A stretch of 64,000 bases of DNA from Eledone cirrhosa (Eukaryota): contig OZ024743.1 in the NCBI GenBank assembly GCA_964016885.1, positions 51,956,001 through 52,020,000 of the forward strand, in the 5' to 3' direction. Below, one piece after another: positions 39,038 to 50,025 of the stretch. Position numbers and translations under genes: made by a program. The notes below the pieces were generated by a model. It was not told the origin of the DNA, ran no database searches, and saw only the letters and a program-made list of their open reading frames with translations. Each line of letters starts with the position of its first letter. The stretch's first letter is position 1.

Positions 39038-41129
39038 TTACCGTACTTTTCGTAGAGGAGGGATGGTTTTTACATCCCTTTTCACTTGATCGTCTGGTGA
39101 AGGGACCGTTGAATCGTCCCTTCGGCTGGTCGTCGGCTCTTCTATGAGTATGTCCGAATATACTCTTCGATTGATAGTTCCTCCTAGGTCCCTGAAATCA
39201 CCAACTGCGTTGGGGAATTTCGTTTTAATGTTTGTGTATTGTTTCTGTGCTATTTTTAGCAGTCTTATGTTAGTTGGCGTTTTGATTGGTGCTGGTATAA
39301 TGTAGTCGTGTTGTGAAATATCTGTGTGTTCAATTATGTAAGTCATTAGTTTCTTGTTGTGTGTATTTATTGCCGTGCATTTGTTTTTCTGGGGGTGGGG
39401 TGTGGTTCTGCTATTTTCTTGTCGTTGTTGCTGGGTGTGTGTGTTTTGTTGTTGTGTTTGCGATGTTGGTGCTTGTGGTGGTGGTGTTGAAGGTGTTGTT
39501 GGCGGTGGGGTTGTCGCCGGTGGTGATGGTGGTGCTAGTGTGGGTGGTGATGGTGTTGGTGGTGTTGCTGCTGTGAGTCTCTTTGCAGTAGACTTTACCC
39601 TTTTCTCATTTCTTTCCTCCCTTTTCAAAGGCGACGATGCGCTGCTTCTGCGTTTGTGCCTTCTTACGACCTTTTGCCATCCCTCTCCCACCTCACACTC
39701 CATGTCTGATTCTGTGAGGTCGGGGAGGGCTACCAGTTCCACTCTTTCACTTGTTGTTGTTGGTGATGTTTGCACTGGAGTCTCTGTTGCAGTTGCATTT
39801 GGTATTGCTGTTGTTGTTGTTAATATTTCCACTGCTGCTGCTGTTTTTGATTTCCGTGGCGTGGGTATGGGTGCCACGGACCTATCGTTCCTGGTTGCCG
39901 CTTGTCCTGTTGCTGGTAGCCGTGGAGCCGGTTTCAGAAGGAGGGGGGTTTTCTCCTTTCTCAGGGTCTTCTCGTTGCAGAAGGCCCTGAGGTGAGTCTT
40001 CGATCCACAGCGAAAGCATTTCGGGCGTTTGCCCTCAACACTTATGGGCAGTTGAGTGCCGTTATCGAAGTCTATCACATCCGGGATAGCTTCGATGCAC
40101 TCCTGGTTGGTTTGTATTAACATCTCAATGGAGGTGCCGACCCAATCTTCTCTTACTTTTTTCTGTACTTGCAGTACAGTTGTTTTGTCCTCGATTCCGA
40201 CGAGGACAGACGCGGCCAGCCAAGAAGGGGCCATCCCGGGGGGGGGGGTTCAGTTTGACCCTCACAATTTTTTGCCCGCAGTAGGAGGGCACCAACACCA
40301 TTTCCTCGCTCCTTAGGGTCACTACGGATTGATCCTTTGCCTCCTGGGGTGTGGCAAAAAGTACGTCTACGGTGGCATATTTTTTTGCCTCGGGTGATGT
40401 GCGTTTTCCGCTGCCACACAGACCCCAAGGCTTTTTGTATTTGAGCCTCTGTGGCTCTTTCAACCCTACGGGATTTTGTACTTACTGTACGGTACGTGAC
40501 CGTACAGTGCTGTTGGGTTTCGAAAAATTTTCCGCTGCCTTGCAGATTGCTCGGTGTCCAGTCTTTGTCACCATCTTCTTCGCTTCCTCTAATTCCTCAT
40601 TTGTTATGAGGATTGTTTCCAGGTTCTTCGCGATACCTGCAAACGAGATTGGTTTTTCTTTGCTGCTGTTGTTGTTGTTGTCGTCAGAGCTGCTGTTACT
40701 TTTGTTGTTGCTGCAGGTACTACGACTACTGCCTCCGCCGCTGTTGCTGTGGTTGTTGTTGGTGTTGCTGCTGCTAATGCTGTTGTTATTTATGCTGCTG
40801 GTGATGCTGTTGCGGCTGCTACTGTTGTTTTCATTGTCACTGTTGCTGTTGTTATTACGGCTGCTACTGCTATTATTCCTGACGTCAGACGAATGAAATG
40901 GGTTTTCGTATTTCCCGCACATCTGTTTCGTCGTTGTCGTGGAGAAATCTTGCACGCTTTGCACAAGACTTTTCTTTTCTGTCGTCGCTTGCGAAAGAGA
41001 AGGGAGGGAGAGAGACACATTTGAAGAAGGGGGGGAGAGAGACAATCTTTTCTCTGCTGTAGTGATGATTGAGGAAGAAGAAGACGGAATGAGTGGGAGT
41101 GACCTATGAAAATTCTTTTTCGTAACCAT
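39038..41129 (-). pseudogene. ORF1 (gag-like, CCHC zinc knuckle), interrupted
   Basis: Pieces 41129-40482, 40463-40125 and 40234-39038. CFRCGSKTHLRAFC knuckle; stop at 40482; frameshift at the G run near 40240; Asn/Ser-rich and Pro/Thr-rich tracts. Confidence 0.8.
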
Positions 41130-41354
41130 GTTGTTTTTTTTTGTTTAAAATAAATATTGGGCACAAAACCCCAATAAGCAGTTATTTAACCCCGAAGGGC
41201 CAAATAACGGGCAGAAAGACCCCTCTCACGAGGAGGAGGGTGTTTTTGTCTACAAGTTCGTTAAAGTTTTAAACAATTTACAATTGTTATAGCGTTCAAA
41301 ATTTACAATACCTTACATAGCATAGCATTCAATAATAATAATAATAATAATAAT

Positions 41355-44316
41355 GATTTCATTTATTAGCCACAAGGGCCGACATGTAGGGGACAATACA
41401 AAGACAGGGACAGTGGGGTTTACAATAAGGTCGAGTAAAAGTGCACAATGGCAAGACTAATTTAACAATGAAAATATAAAAATATAAAATAAACTATGCA
41501 TAAATATAACAAAATAAATTCCCCGATAGGGGGTGAACGACCCTGGGGTGATTCGGGTTCCCCACCAATCCTGAACCACCCAGCGCTTCTAGGGCACCCA
41601 GGGAGAGCACCCCTCTCCTCAAGTTAGCCAGCCTATAGGCGCATGGTCAGAGTAGGCCCATTCACACGAGCCATTCTCGCCACATTCACCCACCTTTTAG
41701 CAAATGTACTGGGGGGGGGGGGGGGGGCAGCACTTCTCTCTCCACCCTCACCCTCCTTTCCAGGTGAAACTTGAAGAAGTTGATGAGGGATTGGCCGAAG
41801 AGAAAAGTGTCTGTCTTTAGTCCTTTCAACCTGGTCCACCATATAATCTCTTTCGAAACTGCCACCAGACAGAGGAAAATTTCCTGCTCTTCCTGACCTA
41901 AGGAAGGTGGCGGCTCGATCTTCACTATGAACTCGGCCGATAGCCGGATTCGTTCCACACGCGACAGTAGCTGTTCGACATAACTCCACAAGTCAGTAAT
42001 GCACGGACATTGGACAAGTGCGTGCAGAACGGTTTCGTCGTTCTGTGCGCATCTTGGGCAGGTCCGTCTGACAGCACTTCCGTGCCTGTAGAGTTTATCC
42101 CGAACCGGCAGTGCCCCCGGTAGCACTGCCAAGCGAGGGATTTCTGGAAATTGTCCATCGTCCCCGGCTCAAAAGTCCTCAGGTACAGACTGGTCAGTTC
42201 GACTTCGTCGAGGCCCAAAGCTTCTCAGAGTGCGTCATCGCACTTGCCCACCACTAATCCTCTATAGAACTCGAGAGTGGAAGTGCCACTGATCGCATTG
42301 CCCGCTTGGTAGAGGGCAGTGAGTGCCTGGCAACATTCCAGGTGCCAGTCACCCAGTCTCGGTCTCTTCTTGACCCAGGACTGCAGCTCAGTCAAAGAAA
42401 TGAGCTGCGGAAAGGCCCATCTGATAAACGGCGACCCCACCTGTTCACCATTGAGGCAGAATATCTGGAGATGTCGCAGCCTCAACGCATGTCTGCGCAT
42501 CATTAGCCACGGCATGCCCAGCCCTCCGCGTAGAGGGTACTGGCAGCAGATGGACCGCCTCACCAACGGAACTTGTCCCCTCCACAAGAATTTGAAGAGG
42601 AGCCGTTCCAACTTGGCGAGGCGCGGACGGGGGCAAGGCACGACGGTTAGGCGGTAGTAGATGACGGACGCGATGTACGCATTCGCCACCTCCGCGCGAC
42701 CTTTCAGTGATAGCTTCCTCCCAGCCTATTTTGGGGTGAGACTGGCTACTCTGCTCGTTACCTCGTCCCAATTCTTTTCCACCTGGAGGTCTGGTCCGAA
42801 CCAAACCCCGAGCAACTTTACCGGTCCGTCCGTCCAGCGCCCCACGACGCTGTTGGACGGCATGGGCTTGCCTCTCCAGGTTCCGAGCTGCAAGCCCACT
42901 GACTTTTCCGGGTTAAGTTTGGCTCCTGTCAACCTTTCATATTCCTTCAATAAGGTGCCGACCACCTCGATTTCTGAGGTGTTCGACACCATCACGGTGA
43001 TGTCGTCCGCATAAGCCGACATCGCCTTTCCACGTCCCGGTCCGAGCGGGATGCCCTGCAACAGCTCCAGCTTCCGCAGTAAAGGCTCGAGAATCAATAC
43101 GTACAGAAGGGAAGAGAGAGGGCACCCTTGACGGACCGATCGGGAGAGCCGAAATGGTTCCGAGAAGTGGCCATTAACCTTGACCACTGAGCGTGTGCCG
43201 CTGTGCATTGCAACGATCCAGCTTCTAAAGACAGGGCCGAAGCCAGCTGCTTTGAGGACAAACTCCAGATACCGATGGTCGACCCTATCGAATGCTATCG
43301 ATTGATCTAAATTGATCAGTGCGCCACCGAAGCCAGGTTTACACCCTACCCTCTCTATGATGTATCGCATGAGGTGGAGATTGTCGTGTATGGACCTGGC
43401 TGGGATTGCGCAAGTTTGCGCCTCCCCAACCAAATCCTCGACGACAAGCGCCAATCTCTTTGCTAACACCTTGGCCAAAATCTTAAACTCTGTGTTGAGC
43501 AGAGTTATAGGCCTGAAGTTGTCTAATGTATCCCTCTTGTTCTCGTCTTTCCTTATCAGCATCACCACTCCCCTGCTCACAGAACTGGGAATACTCCCAT
43601 TCTGCTGCCAGTTGCAGTAGAGTGCTTCGAGGAGTTCGGAGAACAAGTCTGGCATATTTACGTAAAGCTCGTAGGGCAGGCCATCCAAACCGGGTGACTT
43701 GCGCCTCATGCAGCCGACAAGGGCGTCCTGAATTTCGGCTGAAGTAATCGGCCTTTCGCAGCGCTCAGCGTCGACCGTCGAGATGCGCGGCAAGCCGTCA
43801 AGGTAGGGACTGAAATTCGCTAGTCTCTCTGACTCGCCACTCTCCCTGAACAACCGAGCAAAGTGCTGGCGAAAGGCCTCACACATCCGCTTGGAATCGC
43901 TTATCTCGTGTCCGTCTCGGTCCGCCAAAGACCGAATTGTGGTTTTATTACCACGCTGCGCCTCCATCACGCGGGCCCATCGAACAGCTTTAGTTCCCTC
44001 GTTTCTCAGCGCACGCGCCTTAGCTCTGACAATGCAACCTTCGTGTTTGGCATTGAAGAAATGGTCTAATGCCATTCTCGCCGCTAGCACGTCAGTTGCG
44101 ATGCCACTACAAATAGCCTCGTCTAACTTATCTACCAGCTCACCCTCCTTTCTATTTTTCTCTAACGCTAGTTCTTTGCTGAACTCTATCGAAGTTACTC
44201 TAATTTCTCTTTTGAGAGCCCCCCCCCCCCATCTGTTGTTGATGATCCCCCCTGTCAACTTTTGCTTAACTAAATTGTTGACTCGGTCCCTGTAAGCCTT
44301 ACGTGCCGGAAATGAC

Positions 44317-44318
<2 letters not shown>
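41355..44318 (-). mobile_element. Tx1/L1-clade element B, 5'-truncated, ORF2 disrupted
   Basis: ORFs 44318-42726, 42689-42225 and 42132-41686 are homologous to ORF2 of element A; (AAT)n on both sides. Confidence 0.92.
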
Positions 44319-44344
<26 letters not shown>

Positions 44345-44347
<3 letters not shown>

Positions 44348-44670
44348 GACACGAGAGTGCAAGAGAAGGAGAGGGAGAAAATTAACCGATACTAGGACTT
44401 AAAGTGGGAGGTAAAAAGGATTTGGAACTGCCATGAAGTCAAAGTGGTCCCCATTGTCATAGGCGCACTAGGTACTATCTCAAAAAGTTTCCAGAGATGG
44501 TTAAAGAAAATTGGCCCCTTCACGCTTTTTGGAACGCTTCAAAAGGCATGCTTGCTGGGAACAGCAAGAACCCTCCGATACGTCCTGAATATCTGAGGCT
44601 GCAGGTAGTGGCTTGATATTCATTTCAACAAACTTTCCAGTTAACTAACATCAATGACTGAGACTCAAAG
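44345..44670 (+). mobile_element. 3' fragment of an R4/Dong-like RLE non-LTR retrotransposon
   Basis: 44345-44596 translates YDTRVQEKEREKINRY*DLKWEVKRIWNCHEVKVVPIVIGALGTISKSFQRWLKKIG..LQKACLLGTARTLRYVLNI*; (AAT)n on both sides. Confidence 0.85.
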
Positions 44671-44691
44671 AATAATAATAATAATAATAAT

Positions 44692-47600
44692 GATTTCTTT
44701 ATTGGCCACAAGGGCTCACATCAAGAAAAACATTACAGACGGCACAGGACGGTACGATGTGAGTTTCGTGCGTGTAAATATTTTTATTATTTATATAAGA
44801 AAAGAAAAAAAAAGGACATAAAACATATATATATATATAAACAATAAAAATGAAAATTGAAACAATGAAAAATTCCCCAATAGGGGGGGGGGGGAAACCT
44901 CCGAGGGTTACTCGTGGCGAAAACCACACAAAAGACCACGGCCACCTCACCACCAGGGCAAGCGCCCTCTCTCAAATTTTTCCATCTCTCAAACTACAGA
45001 CGTATATTCAGAGTGGTCCCGTTCACTCGGACCATTCTCGCTACATTCACCCACCTTTCAACAAACTTGCTAAAAGGCAGCACTTGCCTCTCCACCATGA
45101 TTTTCCTCTTCAAGTAAAACTTGAAAAAGTTAATCAGGGATTCGCCGAAGAGGAAAGTGTCTGTCTTTAACTCTTTTAACCTTGTCCACTACACAATCTC
45201 TTTCGCCATGGCCACCAGGCAGATGAAAACCGCCTGCCCTTCCTCCTCGAAGGAAGACGGCGAGACCAGCTGCACAATGGACTCAGTCGACAACCGGATC
45301 AGTCCCACACGCGACAGCAACTGTTCGACATAGCTCCACAAGTCAGCAATGCTCGGGCACTGAACGAGTGCGTGCACGACGGTTTCGTCGCTCTGCGCGC
45401 ATCTCGGACAGGCTCGGCTGACGGCACTTCCGTGCCTGTAGAGCTTATCTCGAACCGGCAGCGCTCCCCGGTAGCACTGCCAGGCCAGGGATTTTTGGAA
45501 GTTATCCATAGGCCCCGGGCTGAAAGTTCTCCGGAAGAGAGCAAACAGCTGATCTTCTTCGACGCCCAGGATCTCTCCGAGAATGTCGTCGCTCTTCCCC
45601 TCCACTAGTCCTCTATAGAACGCCGAGGTGGATGTTCCACCGATACTGGTGCCCAGTTGGCAGAGGGCAGTGAGCGCCTGGAGACATTCCAGTTTCCAAG
45701 CGCTATCCCTCGGTCTTTTTCTGACCCAGGACTGCAGCTCCGTCAAGGAGACGAGCTGTGGGAAAACGTGCCTGGCGAACGGCGACCACACCTGTTCACC
45801 ATCAAGGAAACACCAGAGATGTCGCAGCCTCAGTGCATGTTTGCGCATCATCAGCCATGGCATGCCCAGTCCTCCACACAACGGGTGTTGACAGCAGATG
45901 GATCGTCTGAACATGGGAGCGCGTCCCTTCCACAAAAAGCGGAAGAGGAGGCGCTCGATTTTGGTGAGAGTTGGGCTGGAGCAATGGACGACGGTGAGGC
46001 GGTAGCAGATGACGGATGCGATGTACGCATTCGCCACCTCCGCCCGGCCTTTCAGGGACAGCTTCCTCTCAGCCCATTTCTGGGTGAGGGAGGCCACCCT
46101 GCTCGTCACCTCGTTCCAGTTTTTCTCCATCTGGAGGTCTGGTCCGAACCAGACCCCGAGCAATTTAACCGGTCCGTCCGTCCAGCGCTCCACGACGCTG
46201 TCGGACGGCATGGACTTGCCTCTCCAGGTGCCGAGCTGCAAGCCCACCGACTTTTCCTGGTTTATCTTTGCTCCTGTCACCGCTTCGTATTCCTTGAGAG
46301 CGGTGCTGAGCATCTGGACGTGTCTGGTGCTCGACACCACCACGGTGACGTCGTCAGCGTAAGCCGACTCGGATTTCCCGCATCCTAGTTCGCGTGGGAC
46401 GCCCCTCATCGCCCCCAGTTTGTGCAGTAACGGCTCGAGAGCCAATACGTACAAGAGGAACGAGAGGGGACAACCCTGGCGGACTGAGCGCATGATGCTG
46501 AACGGCTGCGACAGGTGACCGTTCACCCTCACAACTGAGCAGATGTCGCTGTACATTGCTGCGATCCAACCCCTGAAAACAGGCCCGAAACCGGCTACCT
46601 CGAGGACCGCCGCCAGGTACCGATGGTCGACCCTATCGAATGCTTTGGATTGATCCAAGTTGATCAGGGCCCCACCCGTGCCAGGTTCCTTAACCACCCT
46701 CTCTATGATGTATCGCATGAGGTGGAGGTTGTCGTGTATGGATCTGTCCGGAATGGCGCATGTTTGCGCCTCTCTCACCAGACCCTTGACGACAAGCATC
46801 AACCTCGTTGCTAACACCTTGGCCAAAATCTTGAACTCTGCATTTAGCAGGGTTATGGGCCTGAAATTATCGATAACATCCCCCTTGTTCGGGTCTTTTA
46901 TCAGCAGCGCCACTGCTCCCCGGCTCACAAAACTGGGAATGCTCCCATTCTGCTGCCAGTTGCAGTAGACGTCTGCCAAGAGGTCACCGAACAAGTCTGG
47001 CATCAATGCATAAAGCTCGTAGGGCAGACCATCCAAACCTGGCGATTTACCCCTCGTGCAGTTAGCCATCGCTTCCCGTATTTCACCGGCTGTTATTGGC
47101 TTTTCGCAACACTGTGCTGCGGTTGTCGAGAGCCGAGGCAGTCCGTCGAGGTATGCACTGAAGTCCATGCCCCGATCCGGGCCGCCCCCGCTCCCGACCA
47201 GTTCAGCAATGTGCTGCTGAAAAGCTTCACACATCCGCTCGGGTTCGAGCATCACGCACCCGTTTTGGTCAGACAAAGACCGAATTGTGGCGTTGTTGCC
47301 ACGTCGCGCCTCTGCCACCCGGGCCCATTGGACGGCTTTTGTCCCCTCGTGTTTCAGAGCACGCGCTCTAGCTGACAACGCAGCCTTCGTGTTTTGCGTT
47401 GAAGAATTGGTCGAGTGTCAATCTCGCCGCAAGCACGTCGGTTGCGATGCGTGTCCTAAACGCCTCTTCTAGCTTTCTGACTAGCTCTCCCTCTACTCTA
47501 TTTTCCTCTATCACTACTCCTTTGCTAAACCTAATCGACTCTACTTTAATTGCCCTTTTCAGGGCGAACCACCACCTGTTGTTGACGACCGCTCCCGTCA

Positions 47601-48680
47601 ACGCCCGCTTAACTAATACGCTAATCCAGTCTCTGTAGGCCTTGCGCGCCGGGAAAGACGCGTTCAGCTTCCAGTAACCAGGCCCTTGTCTATGAAGTCT
47701 GTCTATGTCGATCTCACAGATCACAAATGTGTGGTCTGTGTAGTCGACTATTTTAAATTGTGGACAACTTATACTAGCCTTATCTAGTTCCCTGCAGAAT
47801 ACCCTATCTAGATACGATCTGGATGACCCGATGCGGTTTGTCCATGTCCACATTGGCACATTCGGGTGATCCAGTCGATACCTGTCAGACAGTTCAAAAC
47901 GTCTGAGCAGGTTGGTGAGGCTCTTGCACCCACCTCCCCTATCCACTAGCCCCACACGATCCCAGCGTGCATCCAAGATACCGTTCCAGTCGCCCACTAA
48001 CACTAAAGAGCGGGTCGTTCCAAAAAAGGTCTCTAGACGCCTGAAGAAATCTGGCCGTCCTGCCCCTGTTGGGGCGTAGACGGCTACTAGCCTTAAAGCA
48101 TTGCCTTTGCTGCCGGTCACGTCCAGCACCACCGACTTACCTTCTGGGTCTAGGAAGATGGCCCGTATCGCGAGATCCAAGCCTCTCCGAAAAAGGACGG
48201 CAACCCCTCCCCCCGATCCTGGACGGCTGGGAGATGCGTATACATCGTAGCCGCCGAAGATCGGTGCGAAGGCTTGTGCTTCGGAGATTCTGGTTTCACT
48301 GATGGCCACCACATCTATGTTTAGTGACTTGAGGTCGTTGAGCAGGTGACCCTGCTTCCAAGATGACCCCAGGCCACGTGCATTTATACTGCCTATTCTG
48401 AGTACGGCCATGTTGGATGAGAGACGGGGCAAGTGAGAAAGGGTCACTTACCTTGATCGTGTGGTGAAGAGACAGTAGAACCGTCCCTTTCGCTGGTCAT
48501 GGGTGTTTCCAAGAGGATGTCAGTGTATATCCTCTTGGTAACCGACCCTCTGAAGTCTCCAACTGCGTTGGGGAATCTTTGTTTTAAAGGTTTGTACTGT
48601 TCTATTGAGATTTCGATGATGCTTATGTTTGTCGGGAGAGTTCTTGGTGTTGGTGGGGTGTAGTAGTTTTTTTCTGTGAT
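44692..48680 (-). mobile_element. Tx1/L1-clade element C, 5'-truncated in ORF1; ORF2 has one frameshift and a premature stop
   Basis: ORFs 48447-47368 (APE) and 47378-45189 (RT) are highly similar to element A; ORF1 C-terminal remnant at 48448-48660; 3' end at (AAT)n 44671-44691. Confidence 0.92.
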
Positions 48681-48743
48681 GCATATATATATATATGTAC
48701 AATGATATTAAATAAATGGAAACTATATTTATAAAACCATATT

Positions 48744-48804
48744 TATTCTATTATATATATTTCAAGGGTACCAAAATTTTGGTACGCTATCATCAGATGA
48801 AATA
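48744..48804 (-). ncRNA. Type I hammerhead ribozyme motif
   Basis: TATTTCAT CTGATGA tagcGTACCAAAATTTTGGTACcctt GAAA TATATA TA ATAGAATA. Confidence 0.75.
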
Positions 48805-48984
48805 CAAAGTTTGTTTTATAAATTTTGACATAACCAAGGAGAATATACCTTAACGGTTCAAGTTCTATCCAGGGATAACTTGAACCGTTAAGGTATATTC
48901 ACCTTGGTTATGTCAACATTTATAAAACAAACTTTGTATACCATCAACACCATAAACACAGAGTGGCATATCTAAGAACTGACT

Positions 48985-49046
48985 AACTGCCTGATGAGGT
49001 CATAGCCATTCAATGGCTATCATCGAAATATATATATATAGCAGTT
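48985..49046 (+). ncRNA. Type I hammerhead ribozyme motif (PLE 1-related family)
   Basis: AACTGC CTGATGA GGTcATAGCCATT-c-AATGGCTATcATC GAAA TATATATATA TA GCAGTT. Confidence 0.85.
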
Positions 49047-49470
49047 GACTTATGTTTCGTCACTATATATATATATTTATTTAGGTTTGTTGGTTCACCA
49101 CTGGATAGAACTGGTCATTCCGTATGGTCAATCTCGATGTAATATTATGGAGACCACTCAACGTAGTGCAACTCACCCGTCTTCGTTTGTAGAAGAGGGC
49201 GGCCGACAGAGATAGAAGCTGCTAAATAGTCGGTCGTCCTCTTGTCTCTGATTTTCAGCCCCATGGATTTTATCTGTTATATTCCTTTGTTATATTTTGA
49301 ATACCTGATAATATCACCGGATTTATACTGAACCCGGTCATTGAAATGATCATAGTATAATAAACCTTTCAAGGGTTTATACCAGTCCAGCCTCCTGTTA
49401 TTTTATAATATATATATATATATATATACAATATATTAATAAATGGAAACTATATTTATAAAACCATATT

Positions 49471-49536
49471 TATTTTATTATACATATTTCAAGGGCAACC
49501 AAGGCAAATTATGGTGCGCTTTCATCAGATAAAATA
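49471..49536 (-). ncRNA. Type I hammerhead ribozyme motif (left palindrome arm)
   Basis: Reverse complement of 49685-49750. Confidence 0.8.
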
Positions 49537-49684
49537 CAGATTTGTTTTATAAATAAATATTGACATACCCGGAAAAAAGATAACCTTAACGGTTGGAGCT
49601 TCCTAGATAGCTATCCAGGAAGCTCCAACCGTTAAGGTGTTCTTTTTTCCGGGTATGTCAATATTTATTTATAAAACAAATCTG

Positions 49685-49750
49685 TATTTTATCTGATGAA
49701 AGCGCACCATAATTTGCCTTGGTTGCCCTTGAAATATGTATAATAAAATA
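49685..49750 (+). ncRNA. Type I hammerhead ribozyme motif (right palindrome arm)
   Basis: TATTTTAT CTGATGA AAGCGCACCATAATTTGCCTTGGTTGCCCTT GAAA TATGTA TA ATAAAATA. Confidence 0.82.
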
Positions 49751-49959
49751 AATATGGTTTTATAAATATAGTTTCCATTTATTAATATATTGTATATTTA
49801 CTCCACTAACTTGTTGAGTGTTTTATATCAGTTATAACAGTTATTAAATTAAATATAACCTCTGCATATATATATATATATAACTATCCAGGAAGCTCCA
49901 ACCGTTAAGGTTGTCTTTTTTTTCCGGGTATGTCAATATTTATTTATAAAACAAATCTG

Positions 49960-50025
49960 TATTTTATCTGATGAAAGCGCACCATAATTTGCCTTGGTGG
50001 CCCTTGAAATATGTATAATAAAATA
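49960..50025 (+). ncRNA. Type I hammerhead ribozyme motif (tandem copy, 275 bp after the previous one)
   Basis: TATTTTAT CTGATGA AAGCGCACCA..TGGTGGCCCTT GAAA TATGTA TA ATAAAATA. Confidence 0.82.

Larger units (their letters stand above)
35321..41330 (-). mobile_element. Tx1/L1-clade non-LTR retrotransposon A, apparently full length
   Basis: ORF1 + ORF2 architecture; 3' end ..gtggttAATAAAgaaatc then (ATT)n; (AAT)n tracts at 35258-35314 and 41331-41354. Confidence 0.92.

Noticed and set aside
49301-49358. ATAC CTGATAA..GAAA TGATCA TA GTAT as an active hammerhead
   Set aside because: G8 of the core is A, which is expected to inactivate it; counted only as a degenerate copy.
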